From Tubulanus polymorphus (taxonomy: Eukaryota; Animalia; Nemertea): a stretch of DNA of 64,000 nucleotides. This document shows, piece by piece, positions 1 through 17,208 of the stretch. Both the position numbers and the translations under genes were made by a program. The first letter of the stretch is position 1, and the number at the start of each line of letters is the position of its first letter. Location of the stretch: positions 434,001-498,000 of the forward strand of contig NC_134034.1 in NCBI RefSeq assembly GCF_964204645.1. The letters run 5' to 3'. The notes under the pieces were generated by a model, which saw only the letters and a list, made by a program, of their open reading frames with translations, did no database searches and was not told where the DNA came from.

Positions 1-486
1 TTGCGACAACAGATTCTTGATTCAGAGATGATCTTACTGTAATGCTATCTGCTATTAGAGTGCCTGCTACAATTTCCACCTAAAGCTCAATCATCTATCA
101 TTTTCTAAATGATTCATTTTGCGCACTAGTGACGTTTTGTAAATGGTGAAATCAATTTCAAACTGCCGATGATTATTTGAAATCATCCTCTACCGGTTGA
201 GGGCAGACATAAAAATATCAGACACTCGTAACGGTCTTATGTCTATATTTCTACTTGTTTGAAAAGATTTTGTCGGGGCCGCAACTCATTGAATTCTGAC
301 CTGACATCGCGTCGAACCAGCACGGACGATGGGCAGCCGAACTAAAACATAGGGATATTTTTCGGTGTTTTGTGGTTTGAATAACCTGTAGTACCCTGAT
401 TTGAAACCCTGCGAAAAGCTGCAATCAGTCGATCTGTGACGTAACGATTCATGTTGCTATATCGAGCTAGTTGATTAAGTTCAACA

Positions 487-1026
487 ATGTTTTCTGTTAA
501 ATGCTCAAAAATGTTGATGCGCGTGGATGTTATTAAACACGACTCGGATGAAGATGAAATCATCAACGTTGTTGATGATGATGATGATGATGACGATGCC
601 AGTGGTCCAGCAGCAGCAGCCGCTACAAAGCGGCAACTGGTCTCGGGTCCTAGCATCCACACGTCACCGGCAAAACCTACACCTCATAGGCCCGATACAG
701 GCCTAAACCGTCACCAAAACTTTCGACGATATCTAGCGCCCCCTAGTGGTGATCGCGTATGTCGTCTGTTGAAGTTAGCGCGCGATCTCGGTCGATTACG
801 TCATCAAACTACACCACGTGACGGAACTACGGCGCAAATGACTGATAACCTTCACCTTCCAAACTTGCAGGACGAAGCCAGGAGCGGAGCCTCGGGAATT
901 CCAGATGCAAAAAGGCCCGAAACTACTGATAGAACTACCGTCTGCGGAAGGAGGAAGGTCTACAGCGTCGCAGAGAAGTTGGATATTGATGTCGACCATT
1001 CAGTTTTCAAAGGTGATGAAATTTAA
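487..1026 (+). CDS. Orphan single-exon ORF (179 aa), acidic/Ala-rich, probably disordered; product unknown
   Basis: ATG at 487 with A at -3 and an in-frame TGA at 472; 179 open codons; CpG-rich composition like the real exons in this window; AATAAA at 1381-1386. No recognisable domain. Confidence 0.35.
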   Translation: MFSVKCSKMLMRVDVIKHDSDEDEIINVVDDDDDDDDASGPAAAAATKRQLVSGPSIHTSPAKPTPHRPDTGLNRHQNFRRYLAPPSGDRVCRLLKLARDLGRLRHQTTPRDGTTAQMTDNLHLPNLQDEARSGASGIPDAKRPETTDRTTVCGRRKVYSVAEKLDIDVDHSVFKGDEI

Positions 1027-2822
1027 GTCAAACTTTCAACACGGTATTCGTGGGGAATGAACCTAAGGTCTGAAGAATCACGTCTACAATTTATCAAAAA
1101 AAGTCGTCCTAAATCTATTTGCAGAAAATCTGGGAATTCCTTTTCACATGAATTTAGAGAATATCATCGCTGCTGATTCCATTCCGGCAGTGCAGGTTTA
1201 GACCTACTGACACTGACCCTGGGGATTGACAGCCTGTCAACGGAATATATCAGGCCCGAGAATGATTCCAGTGCAACCCTAGTGACCCGGGGGGTTCGGA
1301 GAAATTTGAATCACATCTTACGCAGTGTTTGCAACAAAAACTTCAGACAAAATTTACATTTATTTTGTAAAAAAAAGAACAATAAAATCATAATCATTTA
1401 TTTCTACTGTAATGTGATAAAATGTAACTAATAGATTATAACAAAATATCAATTTCAGGACGAAATTTTCGTCCCGACTTCTCTGAGATATAGACGAGTA
1501 TGTCGAGATCTGAAACTCATTAGAGATAAAATCTCAATATGTAAATCAGCTCGTCATTTGCATAAAACAAAATGTAACATAAATAATTCGATATTTGAAT
1601 AATACAAATGTGAATCAACTTTTTGCGATTTCGTTCATTTGTTTCAAGCACTAATACAAACTTTACAATACAATTAAAATTCAAATCAGAATATTAATGA
1701 ATCATGTTTTCTAATGTAGCTGGGTTAATTTCATTGCAAATGAATTTTTCCATCAAGAGTCTGACGTATAATCTTCGTCTGCCGTTGCCTCGCTTTCGAT
1801 CTCAGCCTCGTTATCATCTCCTCCTCTCACGTACTTCCGGTGTTTCGACAGGACCTTCAATCGACAAAATACGAACGTAATGAATAAAATCAACGATAAA
1901 GAAATTTGAAAAAAAGTTAAAGAAAAACAATAATTTGTGATAGACGTATCCTTAGTGTCAAGGTCATTCGGCAGCAGAATCTTACAAATCGTAAACAGTT
2001 GAAGCTGACGACCACGAAAACGATGACAATCGCGCAGATGAGAAAAGTGTCTTGAGCACCGAAATGAAAGACGAGAACGCCACCTACGAAGCCGCCCAAA
2101 CCTGAATTGGAAATAAATCAAAATCAGAGTGACGTCATTCACTAACATTGCCAAGGACTCCAAACAGAGAGCCTGCACGGGCTTACCTGCTCCGACGCCC
2201 CAAATAAGCCCAAACAGAATGCCCATGATGGATCCGATAGTACTCTTGGGCATACCTTCACTAACACAACATATCAAAGCTGACCAAACTGCAGCGAATG
2301 TCATGCCTGAAATAAATATAGGTTAGATAATGTATTTAAACCACCCGCGTGCCAGCAGAAATTCCGCTAGGGGGCCGTTACGTGCTGCCACCAACTATTA
2401 ATAACATACCGGTGAAAAATTCGGTAGGTAGCGATACCCAGTGTGACTGGACCAGGTAATACACGAATAGCCGCACAACGAAACATATCATACCAAACGA
2501 CAACAGAGCCGCGTGGCCGTCCGTAACGATTCACGAAAATTGTCGACGTCATAAACATCACAACTTCACCGACAGCAGACGACAACCCAGACAGTCCGAT
2601 CACGGTGTAAGATACCCCTAGAAATGAGGACATTTAAATCAGAAATGGCCGATAGAGGTCGTCACTCGGGTCAGACTATGTTTTTAAGTCTGTTCTAGGG
2701 CTTTAAGGTTGTTGCACATGATGACCAGTAGGGGGCGCTTCATCCCATATATCGTCACTTGTCAGACCTCGGATGAAGCCATCGGGGACACTTTTTGGAC
2801 GCAGTAACCACCAGGGGGCGCT
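735..2822. promoter_or_regulatory. Cluster of CTCF-consensus-like motifs
   Basis: agcgccccctagtggt at 735-750 (reverse), ccgctagggggccg at 2364-2377, ccagtagggggcgct at 2725-2739, ccaccagggggcgct at 2808-2822. They match or nearly match the CCASYAGRKGGCRS core. Confidence 0.5.
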
Positions 2823-4356
2823 CAGCGCTTTTGTAACTAATCGCGTCTCTGATTGGTCGATTGCTCACCTATATCATGTAAATGCCAGTTCAGAAAAGAC
2901 CACATGACTCCCATCACTATGGCAACCATAAGTGTTGATACTATATAGGAACCGTTGTCAAGGCGATACAAGATCGATAACAGTCGTTTAATTGAGTATT
3001 CTTCGAGGGAGAGGAATTTGTGAGAGTTGTGTCGACCGGTGTAGTCTGTATCGATTCCGCCGAGTTTTATAGGTATAGCGATGAAACAGGCCAATACGAA
3101 TAGAACAGAAGCGACAATAAACGCTGGTCGAAATGTAGGGTCGAACCCGGGACCGCCTGTCGCTGGAGTCAGAGCCGTATTAGATAACATCAATCCGACA
3201 GTGCAATAACTGAAAAACAAAACATAAATTGGTAGAAAATTCTGATATCGATATAGATTTATATAGATGTATATTCTATGATGTCATAGGAGAATCATGG
3301 AGGAAGCCATCATTATTATATGTATCGACTATTGAGGTTGTGTTTCATCAAGGGGATATGTGCAGGAGCATGGAGACAGAAGCAGCAATCTTTTCCAGGA
3401 GAGTCTTTAGATCAAATTACTTTGTAGGCAATTTGATGATGTCATAGGGGGATTTATGGAGGCAGACATCTTTTCTAGAAGTGTCTATAGATAAAATAGT
3501 AGACAATTTGATGATGTCATAGTGGGATTTATGGGGACAGAAATCTGTTATAGAAGTGTCTATTGATGGAAAGGTAGACAATTTGATGATGTCATAGTGG
3601 GATTTATCTAGAAGATAGATACCTGAGGCCGTATCCGCATGTACCGAGCATCCGGTATCCTCCATATTGCCTTCTCGAGTCGCTGGAGTCGTGTATAACC
3701 TCCAGAGTTGCGGTATCCACTAACGGCACACACGGACTCGAGAATAACGTCGTCACAAATATCATAGCAACGAGAATCGTAAATTTCACTTCTAAACTGA
3801 TTGGTGGTGATGAAAGAATGTTTGCACTCGGCTCCGAGTTTAATGAGGAAATATTTGAATTTCGACCGTTATTTTCTGGCGGTTTAACACGTTTTGATTG
3901 GTTCGAGCTTATCGTCATATTCAAATTAGTATATCCAGACGAATGATGATTGGTGGAATTATCTGTATCACGTGCCGCCATTCTTGTAATCGATTGGTTC
4001 GCCGCGCCTTGCGTCGACGTCACGTGTGAGAAGCCGAAGAAAGTGGTCGCCAACAGTAAACTAGTCAACACGATCCAACCAGTGAGCGACACGAACAGAA
4101 TTAGTTTACGACAGCGGAAGTAGTCGGCCACACAACCCCAAACGGGGCAGACTACCGCGAATATAAATGTGCGTCCTCCTGTTAGAATACCGATCTGTTT
4201 CGCGTCCATTCCATAACTTTTATAGAAAATCGATAAGTAAGGGATGACAGCGCCAATAGCGGCGAAAACGAGAAAATATAACATTTTAGGCAGCGCCCTC
4301 TCGCGGGCAGTCGTCTTCGACTTCCGGTTCTCTTTCAATATCGCTACGTCCTTCAT
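1753..4356 (-). pseudogene. MFSD6-like major facilitator superfamily transporter, 6 coding exons; frameshifted allele or pseudogene
   Basis: Exons 4356-3623, 3209-2869, 2617-2410, 2306-2187, 2101-1986, 1854-1753, all GT-AG. MFS_1-like motifs: KMLYFLVFAAIGAVIPYLSIFYKSYG, PVWGCVADYFRCRK, PLVDTATL...YGGYRMLGTCGYG, TFAAVWSA, GLIWGVGAGLGGFVGG. Total 1621 nt (3n+1); removing the 4-bp duplication at 2517-2524 restores a 538-aa frame. Confidence 0.8.
3275..3612 (+). repeat. ~82-bp dispersed tandem/foldback repeat family (gatgatgtcatagggggatttatggaggcagacatcttttctagaagtgtctatagatc...), copy in MFSD6-like intron
   Basis: The same unit recurs at about 15385-15700 (40-bp derivative), 24775-24990, 30320-30490, 37230-37360, 41610-41965, 45680-45970, 46315-46885, 52395-52670, 54340-54600 and 57770-57965. 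Confidence 0.9.
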
Positions 4357-4743
4357 CTTGCGATCCTGGTACCTATATAGGGGCTACCTGCAAAATAGAG
4401 CAGAAAAATGCACTAAATCATTTTCATTTCGAATGCGCCATGGTTTACGTTTACGGTTACGTTTAGCTATTGCTCGCCAAGAACCACTGATGCACTTTTA
4501 ATGATTAATCAGATATCATCCATGTATTGATGTCTATTGAATTGAGAAGCGACATCGCTACAGCTGTTAGTGAAATATAATGGGTAACATTCGGCGTGGA
4601 GTTCATGAACTAGAAAATTATCGTTTTGGCGTCCAATCAATATCGTACATACAACATAGGTCTGAGATATAACCTCGGGTGCCATACACGACCCACGCTT
4701 CAGACGGGCAAACTCGACTTAAAACCTAACTATAACCGTATAA

Positions 4744-5039
4744 CCCTGATCACACGGAGTCAAATTTGGCCCGATTGAAATTTGGTCCGTACCCAATTAG
4801 AGAGCGGGTTCACGCGCAAACTACTCACTCGATACTAAACAATGCTTAAACAAAGCGAAGCGAGTCACTTCCGGAACCATTTGCAATTCAAACGCTGATT
4901 ATTCCGGTGTTAAATTTGGCTCTGACCTGGTCCGCCATTTCTGGTCAGGCCAAACAGGCACTAGTCAATTTGGCACCCGTGTGAACAGTTGTTCCGGGCC
5001 ATATTTGGCCCGTGCCAAACACGCGCGTGTGATCGCGGC
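4744..5039. mobile_element. Putative MITE with imperfect terminal inverted repeats (...gatcacacg / cgtgtgatc...)
   Basis: Left ccctgatcacacgg...aaatttggccc; right end reverse-complement gccgcgatcacacg...aaatatggccc; repeated internal aatttggc motifs. Confidence 0.5.
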
Positions 5040-7711
5040 TTGTGAAACTCTGTTGACAGCAGCACATTCGTTAGAATATCTCTACGAAATTTGATACAAT
5101 ATTGATAATTGGACCTTACATGGAGTATTAATATCTAATTAAATGGACACAATTAAAACCAAAGTAAAGTGAGTCAATAATACCGATATATAACGACAAA
5201 GATGGAATCCAAGAAAGTTTGATTTAAACTTATAATCTATAGATTCGATGTTAGTCATCCTTATGAATACTGATTTCCTAGTTCTTTCACATCATTCTCT
5301 CGGCGTTTCACCATTGTTAACAAAGAAAGGATTGTGTCATGTAGAAAGTTCAGTCAAACCACGTACCTGGAATAACAATCGCATGAAGTCGATTATCACA
5401 TGTTCATTTACTGTTTTTCCTCTCTGAATTCGGCCGTTATTTTTGTAATTGACGGAGCAGACGATCGACTATCACGAACCGCCGACATGCGGTGACTTGT
5501 AAAACATCGGGGACACATCTCGCGCATCTGTTCTTCACACAAGTAATCAATACATGACAAATGACGATACTAATTAACCAATCAATACTCGATCGTTTCG
5601 TAAACAACTTACATAAATGATTTCTCTCGTGACGTCACTGTGTTGTTGTGTTCAAATTGTTTTATTTAAAAGGTAGTTCCGGAAATTTCGACACTTCGAC
5701 CATTTCAACACTTTCCATAATACCTCGCTGGTAACTGTAATATGTACAAGTCGTTCAACAATAGCGTATCCGGCAACAGGTGTATTGTGGGTATTGTCCC
5801 AGGTGGTCGATGGGAATCATTTTGAATTTGAAGAAAGTTTGGGTTATTACATCATCCTCACTTGCCAGGGTTTGTGCTGGATAACCTTCGAAGACAGTTG
5901 ACCGCCCAGCAGAGGCTACACTCCTCTCATCCCTCTCTCCTCTCCTCTCTCTCCTTCTTCCTCTCTCCTCTTTCCAACCCAGACTTTGAACCAATAAATC
6001 AAAAATAAAAACATCTAATTTCAAACAAATCATTTATAAACTAAATCTGCATTTATTTATCTATTCTTAGCGCTTTGATTTTATCATCTTTTAGAATCAG
6101 TTTAAAACTGGAAATAAAAATTCAATTTCCAATGAATTCTTGGAACAACTTGTTAAATATGAATACTCAAAACTATGCCTATAAGCTCATAATGTAAAGG
6201 TAAAGGAAAGTATCTGAGAGAAGGGTACCGGAATATATAATTGGGTGCAGTTGCACAGTCGTTAATCAAGTCCAAAAGTCGTCTTAAACCTGGCTGAGGG
6301 GTCGGTACAAGTTTTAAAGGTATAGCGCAGAAAAATGTTAAAATCATTTCTAGTGATGCGGTCTTCGGGACTAATTAGAGCAAAACATAATAACTAAACA
6401 TAATTTTATTGAATCGTTGAAGTCATTGAGAATTAGAAGGTCGTCATTAGTAATTATTTTACTGGCTTTGATCATAATGATTCCTATATTGTAGATATAT
6501 ATAATACATGTGATATGATATTTATTCAATTTTCAAAAACATCAGCAAATGTAAGTGCAGCAATAAAGCCGTGCTTCACATTTCGGCTTCATCCCAAACA
6601 CTGACACCCGAAACCAGTGATCAGTTTAACAGAATCGACTTTTAAATCGATTCTGTGAAACGATTATAATTTGTAATCGGTTATTATGCAATTAACACCT
6701 TTTACTTTATCCCGACATTGACCGAATTGAACCAGTAGACCTTGTGAGAAATCAGCCCTTTCAAATTCGGATTCTGAAAATGCATGAGCTTTAGACTCCT
6801 TAAAACTGATCAGCTGAACAACCATTGGTCAGGAAGTTGGGCGGAGAGACAAGCAGTAGGTCTGAGAGCTATTACACTGCATACATGGCTCGGTAAAAAC
6901 TGATCCGATGATTCATCGGGCAGACAGACAGACTTGTACACAAATAGACAGACATACAGACAGACAGCAGCTAGACAATAGGCTAGACAGTTACACATAC
7001 CGGTACATAAATTACAGACAACGAGATAGACAGACATTACATACAGCAAGAAAGACAGCAGACAATTAGACAGGCAGACAGTTCAGACACACGAGTTCAT
7101 TAAGCTGTGTACACAATGCTGCATCGCAGCTAACAGGTAGAACAAAGTACACTGAACAGGTAGAAGGCTCTGGTCCAGTAATGATTCAACTACAACCAAT
7201 TAAACAGTACAATGTTAATATTCAAGGCTTTTAAGAGAAAGTTTGAGACTAAACCAGCCTCACTGAAATTATAAACAGTTAATCGCAGGACATCAACGAT
7301 TTTTATGATTAGTTACTTATGACGACCTTCTCATTCTCGATGACTTCTATGATTCAGTAAAATTATGATTAGTAACTAATGATCACCTAATCATTGTCAA
7401 GACTTAAACGATTCAAGAACAGTTACATATTAGAGAAAGCGTGAATTAAATCTTTGTTAAAACCGTCCAATATTTTGTATTTTCAGCTCCGAGACAAAGG
7501 AAATCAATATTCTCTACAGCTGCCTAATTTCAATGTAATGCGATATTATTTGACAGTCGTCTGAGTGGTTGTGAGAATTAAAACCAATTGAAACCGTTCT
7601 ATTGATTTAAAACCGCTATAATCAATTTGTATTCGTACATGCAGTAAAACATATTTTTAATATCGACTTCACAAACACGGGACCTGAAATCTACAGAATC
7701 GTCGGAGCAGA

Positions 7712-8301
7712 ATGTTGTCATCAAAGGTAATTTGTTAATAGTTCTCTTCTGTTAAACTGTTGAATCCTCTATTGTCGCAGTAGTTGATGTCCTAGTGCAC
7801 ATAAGTGACACCTGGGTATTAGCGACACCTGGTGGATCCTCACACAATTAGAATCATCTATTATTGCCGCAGTAGTTGTGGTCCTACACTGCACACGAGT
7901 GACACCTGGTGGATCCTCAATTACTTTAGGTGCCCGGGCGACTACATAGTCCTCAGTTGGAATGCCGTGGGCTGATTTCTTTTCTTATTTCCACAAGATC
8001 ACTTTGAATCTAGTTTTTGTAGAAATAATGGTTGAAAATACAGAGCTTTCATATCGAGATACTTTCCTTTCAGCATATGGTCGTTTTAGTTCTGATGATG
8101 GTCGCTAGCGGCGCTTATTCCAAATTCCAATTCCTTGTTCGCTTGTGTATAGAATGTGTTGAAAAATGTATTTCTCAATGTGCTCTTCAATTTGAAAACA
8201 CTGAGCAGCGTAAATGTATTGACGACTGTAGTAACAGTCGTTGTCGAAATCTAAACTGCGGTCTTGTGAAGTATGTGGTCAGGTTCCCTGGTGGTGTGTA
8301 G
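7712..8301 (+). CDS. Putative small secreted cysteine-rich peptide (80 aa; ~21-aa signal peptide plus 59-aa 8-Cys mature region)
   Basis: Exon 1 7712-7726 (ATG TTG TCA TCA AAG|gtaatt) joins in phase 0 to exon 2 8074-8301 (ctttcctttcag|CAT ATG...). Product: MLSSKHMVVLVLMMVASGAYS-KFQFLVRLCIECVEKCISQCALQFENTEQRKCIDDCSNSRCRNLNCGLVKYVVRFPGGV*. AATAAA at 8313. Confidence 0.75.
7760..7920 (+). repeat. ~73-bp dispersed tandem repeat (gaatcctctattgccgcagtagttgatgtcctactgcacac..gcgacacctggtggatcctc)
   Basis: Two copies in the peptide-gene intron; about three related copies at 56905-57110 in a PPIP5K intron. Confidence 0.75.
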
Positions 8302-8633
8302 AGATGAATACAAATAAATAGCACCTAACGTAAATTCGTTTCGTTTGGTAGTTTTTCAATTTATGCTGGAAATTAGATCGATACGCCCTTTAGTGGTAGA
8401 TAAATCGATGGAAAACAATGATGACGTCACTCGTTCTTAGTTGAAGATTGGTTTTAGACCTAAAATGAGCTTAAACCGGTCTTAGTTGTTAGATTGACCA
8501 TAGACCAAATTGAGCTTAGACCACCGGTCTTAAATTGTTAGATTGGTTATAAAAACAAAATGAGCTTAAACTGGTTTAAAGTTGTTAGATTGGTTATAGA
8601 AATATAGGAAAGTGTTAGACTGGTTTTAAACAC

Positions 8634-13449
<4,816 letters not shown>

Positions 13450-14299
13450 GACGACAACGGATAATAGCAGAAACAATTAAACTTAATAGACACAATGCGA
13501 GTTACATATTCCAGTTTGGACCGACTATCTCCTCGATCCTCAGTTCATCCCACTCACTGTCATACGAAGGCATGAGCCCTGCAGTCCAAGGGCTTTTCTT
13601 TGAACAGTACTTTAAAGCTTGACCGCCTTGCTCTCAGACCCTATAGGCAGGGATTACTTGATCAATAAGTTGCTGCGATGGTACCAGCTCTTCACTCTGT
13701 GGAGGGAAGATCGATCAGTTCGGACACTCACGCCTCGCTCCCGGTTCCGTCGTGAGAGTCCAGTCAAGTTACCATTACACACCCTGTTTATAATTTCACT
13801 TTCTATAATTTTCTCCTATGCGTGATATTCACTATAGTGTCAGTACTATTCCCCTGTTCTGTGTCTGGGGATGATGAATGCTGTTTGTACCGATACGGGT
13901 TCTGTGTGTGCGGTGTGTCTATCTGAATAGCTCGTTTATGATATGAAGCATCATTCATTATGTACTCTACACTAACAGTGGCAGTACACAGTACACACTC
14001 ACTCATACCGATAGCTCTACGTGCAGCAGTTTGTTTGCCTTTTTTTCTGCAATTATAGAATGTGGCGGTGCGGTAGAACAAGTCACGTGATAAAGCGGCC
14101 AGTAACAAGCGCGGAAGACACTCATTCTACCAGTAGTAGTGTTTTGTACTATAGCGAATGGAACCCAATTTTGACAAACCTCTGGCACCAAAATATTTTA
14201 CTGTCTGATAAGGCCGATACTACTATTGAAGTCGGCGAACTACTGAACAATTAGTACTGTAATTAATGAATTATTGACAACTGATTTTTATCGCAGATT

Positions 14300-14490
14300 T
14301 TAGCCGCACGACAGATCTGGACCGGCAAGTGCTGCCCCTATGTTTATCGTTAACGGTAAACACGTAAACTAACTAATCTGCACGATATTCCTACTGCGGC
14401 ACGCGAGTAATAAGTTAGTTCACACATTCACCGTCAACGATATGTATAGGGGCAGCACTAGACGGTTGAGATTTCACATGGCTCAATATT
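14300..14490. mobile_element. Palindromic MITE-like element
   Basis: agtgctgcccctatgtttatcgttaacggtaaacacgtaaactaacta (from ~14329) is the near reverse complement of taagttagttcacacattcaccgtcaacgatatgtataggggcagcact (to ~14459). Confidence 0.65.
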
Positions 14491-15384
14491 CCTTCTGTGG
14501 CATGCGAATAAAACAAAATTTTTGAAATGTATGAATTCTTTCATTGATATTCATGAATACTATTTTTTTTCTAAATTAGTTTCAGCCTCTATAGAACTCT
14601 TACACGAGGCCCTATGCAGGCTTTTCGGACCACGGAATATATATTTATATTTATAAGCACCATCAGATTCTAACAGCAGCAACAGCAGCAGCTCCAGCAC
14701 CAGCAGCAGCTCCGGCGACAGTGGATGAGACAAAAATAACTCACAACAAAATCAATAATATTTAGTATTGAGGAATATTATATTTCAATAGAACCGGTTT
14801 TTATATTCATATTGTACATATTACATGTACATGTACATATTACATGTACATGTACATATTACATGTACATGTACATATTACATTTACATATTAAATGTAC
14901 ATGTACAATGTACATGTATAGACAATGGAATCATTGTATCAATCACCACATTACAATATAGGGTTTATAATTATACTAAATCGTTGAAGTCATTGACATT
15001 TTCTTTTTGAAGTCATTAAGAATGAGAAGGTCGTCATTAGTAACTATATAGTCATACTTTTACTGAATCTTTGAAATCAGTGAGAATGAGAAGGACTTAG
15101 ATTTATAGTTACTTCAAACCCTGATCAATATAAATCAGTTAAAGCTATTATTTTGTGACACCCGGACACCTTTGTGAATAGTAAATTTGCTGCTTATTTC
15201 TGGTGAATTTATTTAAAACACCCAGTGTTCAATTTATAACTAAAATAAATATATCTATTTTTGACATCGCACTTTCACCATTTCCTATCACAGAACTTAT
15301 AATTGATCAAACCCTCAACAAAAAAATGTTTATTTTACCAGTGTATAATATTCAAGTATATAATTTTTTCCAGAATAAATGAAT

Positions 15385-15700
15385 GCCTCCCCCTATGACA
15401 TCATCAAATCTTAATGGATCTTATAAATCCCCCTATGACATCATCAGATGTTAATGGATCTTATAAATCCCACTATGACATCGTCAAATCTAAATGGATC
15501 TTATAAATCCACCTATGACATCATCAAATATTAATGGATCTTATAAATCCACCTATGACATCATCAAATCTTAATGGATCTTATATATCGCCCTATGACA
15601 TCATCAAATCTTAATGGATCTTATAAATCCACCTATGACATCATCAAATCTGAATGGATCTTATAAATCAACCTTAAGACATCATCAGATGTAAATGAAT
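15385..15700 (+). repeat. 40-bp minisatellite (~8 copies), a shortened derivative of the 82-bp family
   Basis: Repeated cctatgacatcatcaaatcttaatggatcttataaatcc. Confidence 0.9.
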
Positions 15701-16399
15701 CTAAAGGGATGACAATATAGGGGGATTTACTGAATTAGTCATCAGGTTCTAGAGTAAAGACCGATATAGTCACCGTGTAAACTGTCTGTTTGAAGTGTTG
15801 AGGTTTAAAAATCCCAGTTGCCAGATTCATTTAACATAATTACATATCTTTAGGGCCCAGTTCACTGGATCCAAATTAAAAACTCGTACCCAAGTTAAAC
15901 TGGATTCAAATTGATTACATAATATACATTGAACCATATCATATACAATTTACAATGCTGCAGACCCAGGCATACCCGACACAAACCCCGGGGTAGGTCG
16001 TTTAACCGTTGAAACCGGGTTCACTATTTCTGTTCAGGTATTTCTTCAATCAAATCAACAACAATAATAAACTATTTATAACATTATGAATTATTTACAA
16101 TATATATATTTATAATGTTTTATACCCGGCACTGAGTAATATTTATATAGGTAACAATAACGAATGAACCATCGATGATCAGAGACCAAAACAACTGCCG
16201 TACTTACAGACTCAAAACATGTATTAGTTTGGAATATATGTTTGACCCTCAGATAAAGAGCATGCAATAATACAGAACTGAACGTAGTTTTATCTGACTC
16301 GCGTTCTTAAAGCAGGAAAAAAAACAATGAAATAAAGAAGAATTCTCGAATAAAGTTAAATGAACTGAAAATAGTGAATCTTTCATCTCTATACTATAC

Positions 16400-17040
16400 A
16401 GCTTATAACCCACTATTTACACCTTCCCCTGCCTGACACAGCTTTTAACTACTTACACCTCCCCCTGCCTGACACAACTAACTACTTACACCTCCCCCTG
16501 CCCTACCCTACACAGCTCCTAACCCACTACATCTTCCCCTGCCTGACACAGCTAACTACTTACACCTTCCCCTGCCTGACACAGCTAACTACTTACACCT
16601 TCCCCTGCCCTACCCTACACAGCTCCTAACCCACTACATCTTCCCCTGCCTGACACAGCTAACTACTTACACCTTCCCCTGCCCTACCCTACACAGCTCC
16701 TAACCCACTACATCTTCCCCTGCCTGACACAGCTAACTACTTACACCTTCCCCTGCCCTACCCTACACAGCTCCTAACCCACTACATCTTCCCCTGCCTG
16801 ACACAGCTTTTAACTACTTACACCTCCCCCTGCCTGACACAACTAACTACTTACACCTCCCCCTGCCTTACACTACACAGCCCCTAACCCACTACACCTT
16901 CCCCTGCCAAGCTCCTAACTCACTATTTACACCTCCCCTGCCTGACACAGCTTACTGCTTACACCTCCCTCTGCCCTACACAGCTCCTAACTCCTAGACA
17001 GCTCCTAACTACTTACCCCCTACTGCCCCACCCTAGACCC
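16400..17040 (+). repeat. C-rich composite minisatellite downstream of the MON2 stop (likely in the 3' UTR)
   Basis: Repeated cttcccctgcctgacacagctaactacttacac / ccctaccctacacagctcctaacccactacat units. Confidence 0.9.
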
Positions 17041-17208
17041 CAACTCACCACTTATCATTATATATGCCCCTTAATTATATAATAGACTACAAAGTATTTG
17101 ACCGACGTAAAGCTAGAATTCTCCCCAGCTCTAGACCCCCAAATAATTCAGCTCTACACTTAACGCTACGACAGTCAATTCTAACATCACATTTGTTCGC
17201 GGTAATTT

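Noticed and set aside
940-990. RRKVYSVAEKLDI as a CENP-B/pogo HTH start
   Set aside because: The ORF ends a few residues later, with no HTH or DDE continuation.
5755-7049. Short ORFs 5755-6033, 6153-6347 and 6810-7049
   Set aside because: They overlap (CT)n or (CAGA)n tracts or repeat fragments; the Cys-rich look of 6810-7049 comes from the microsatellite.
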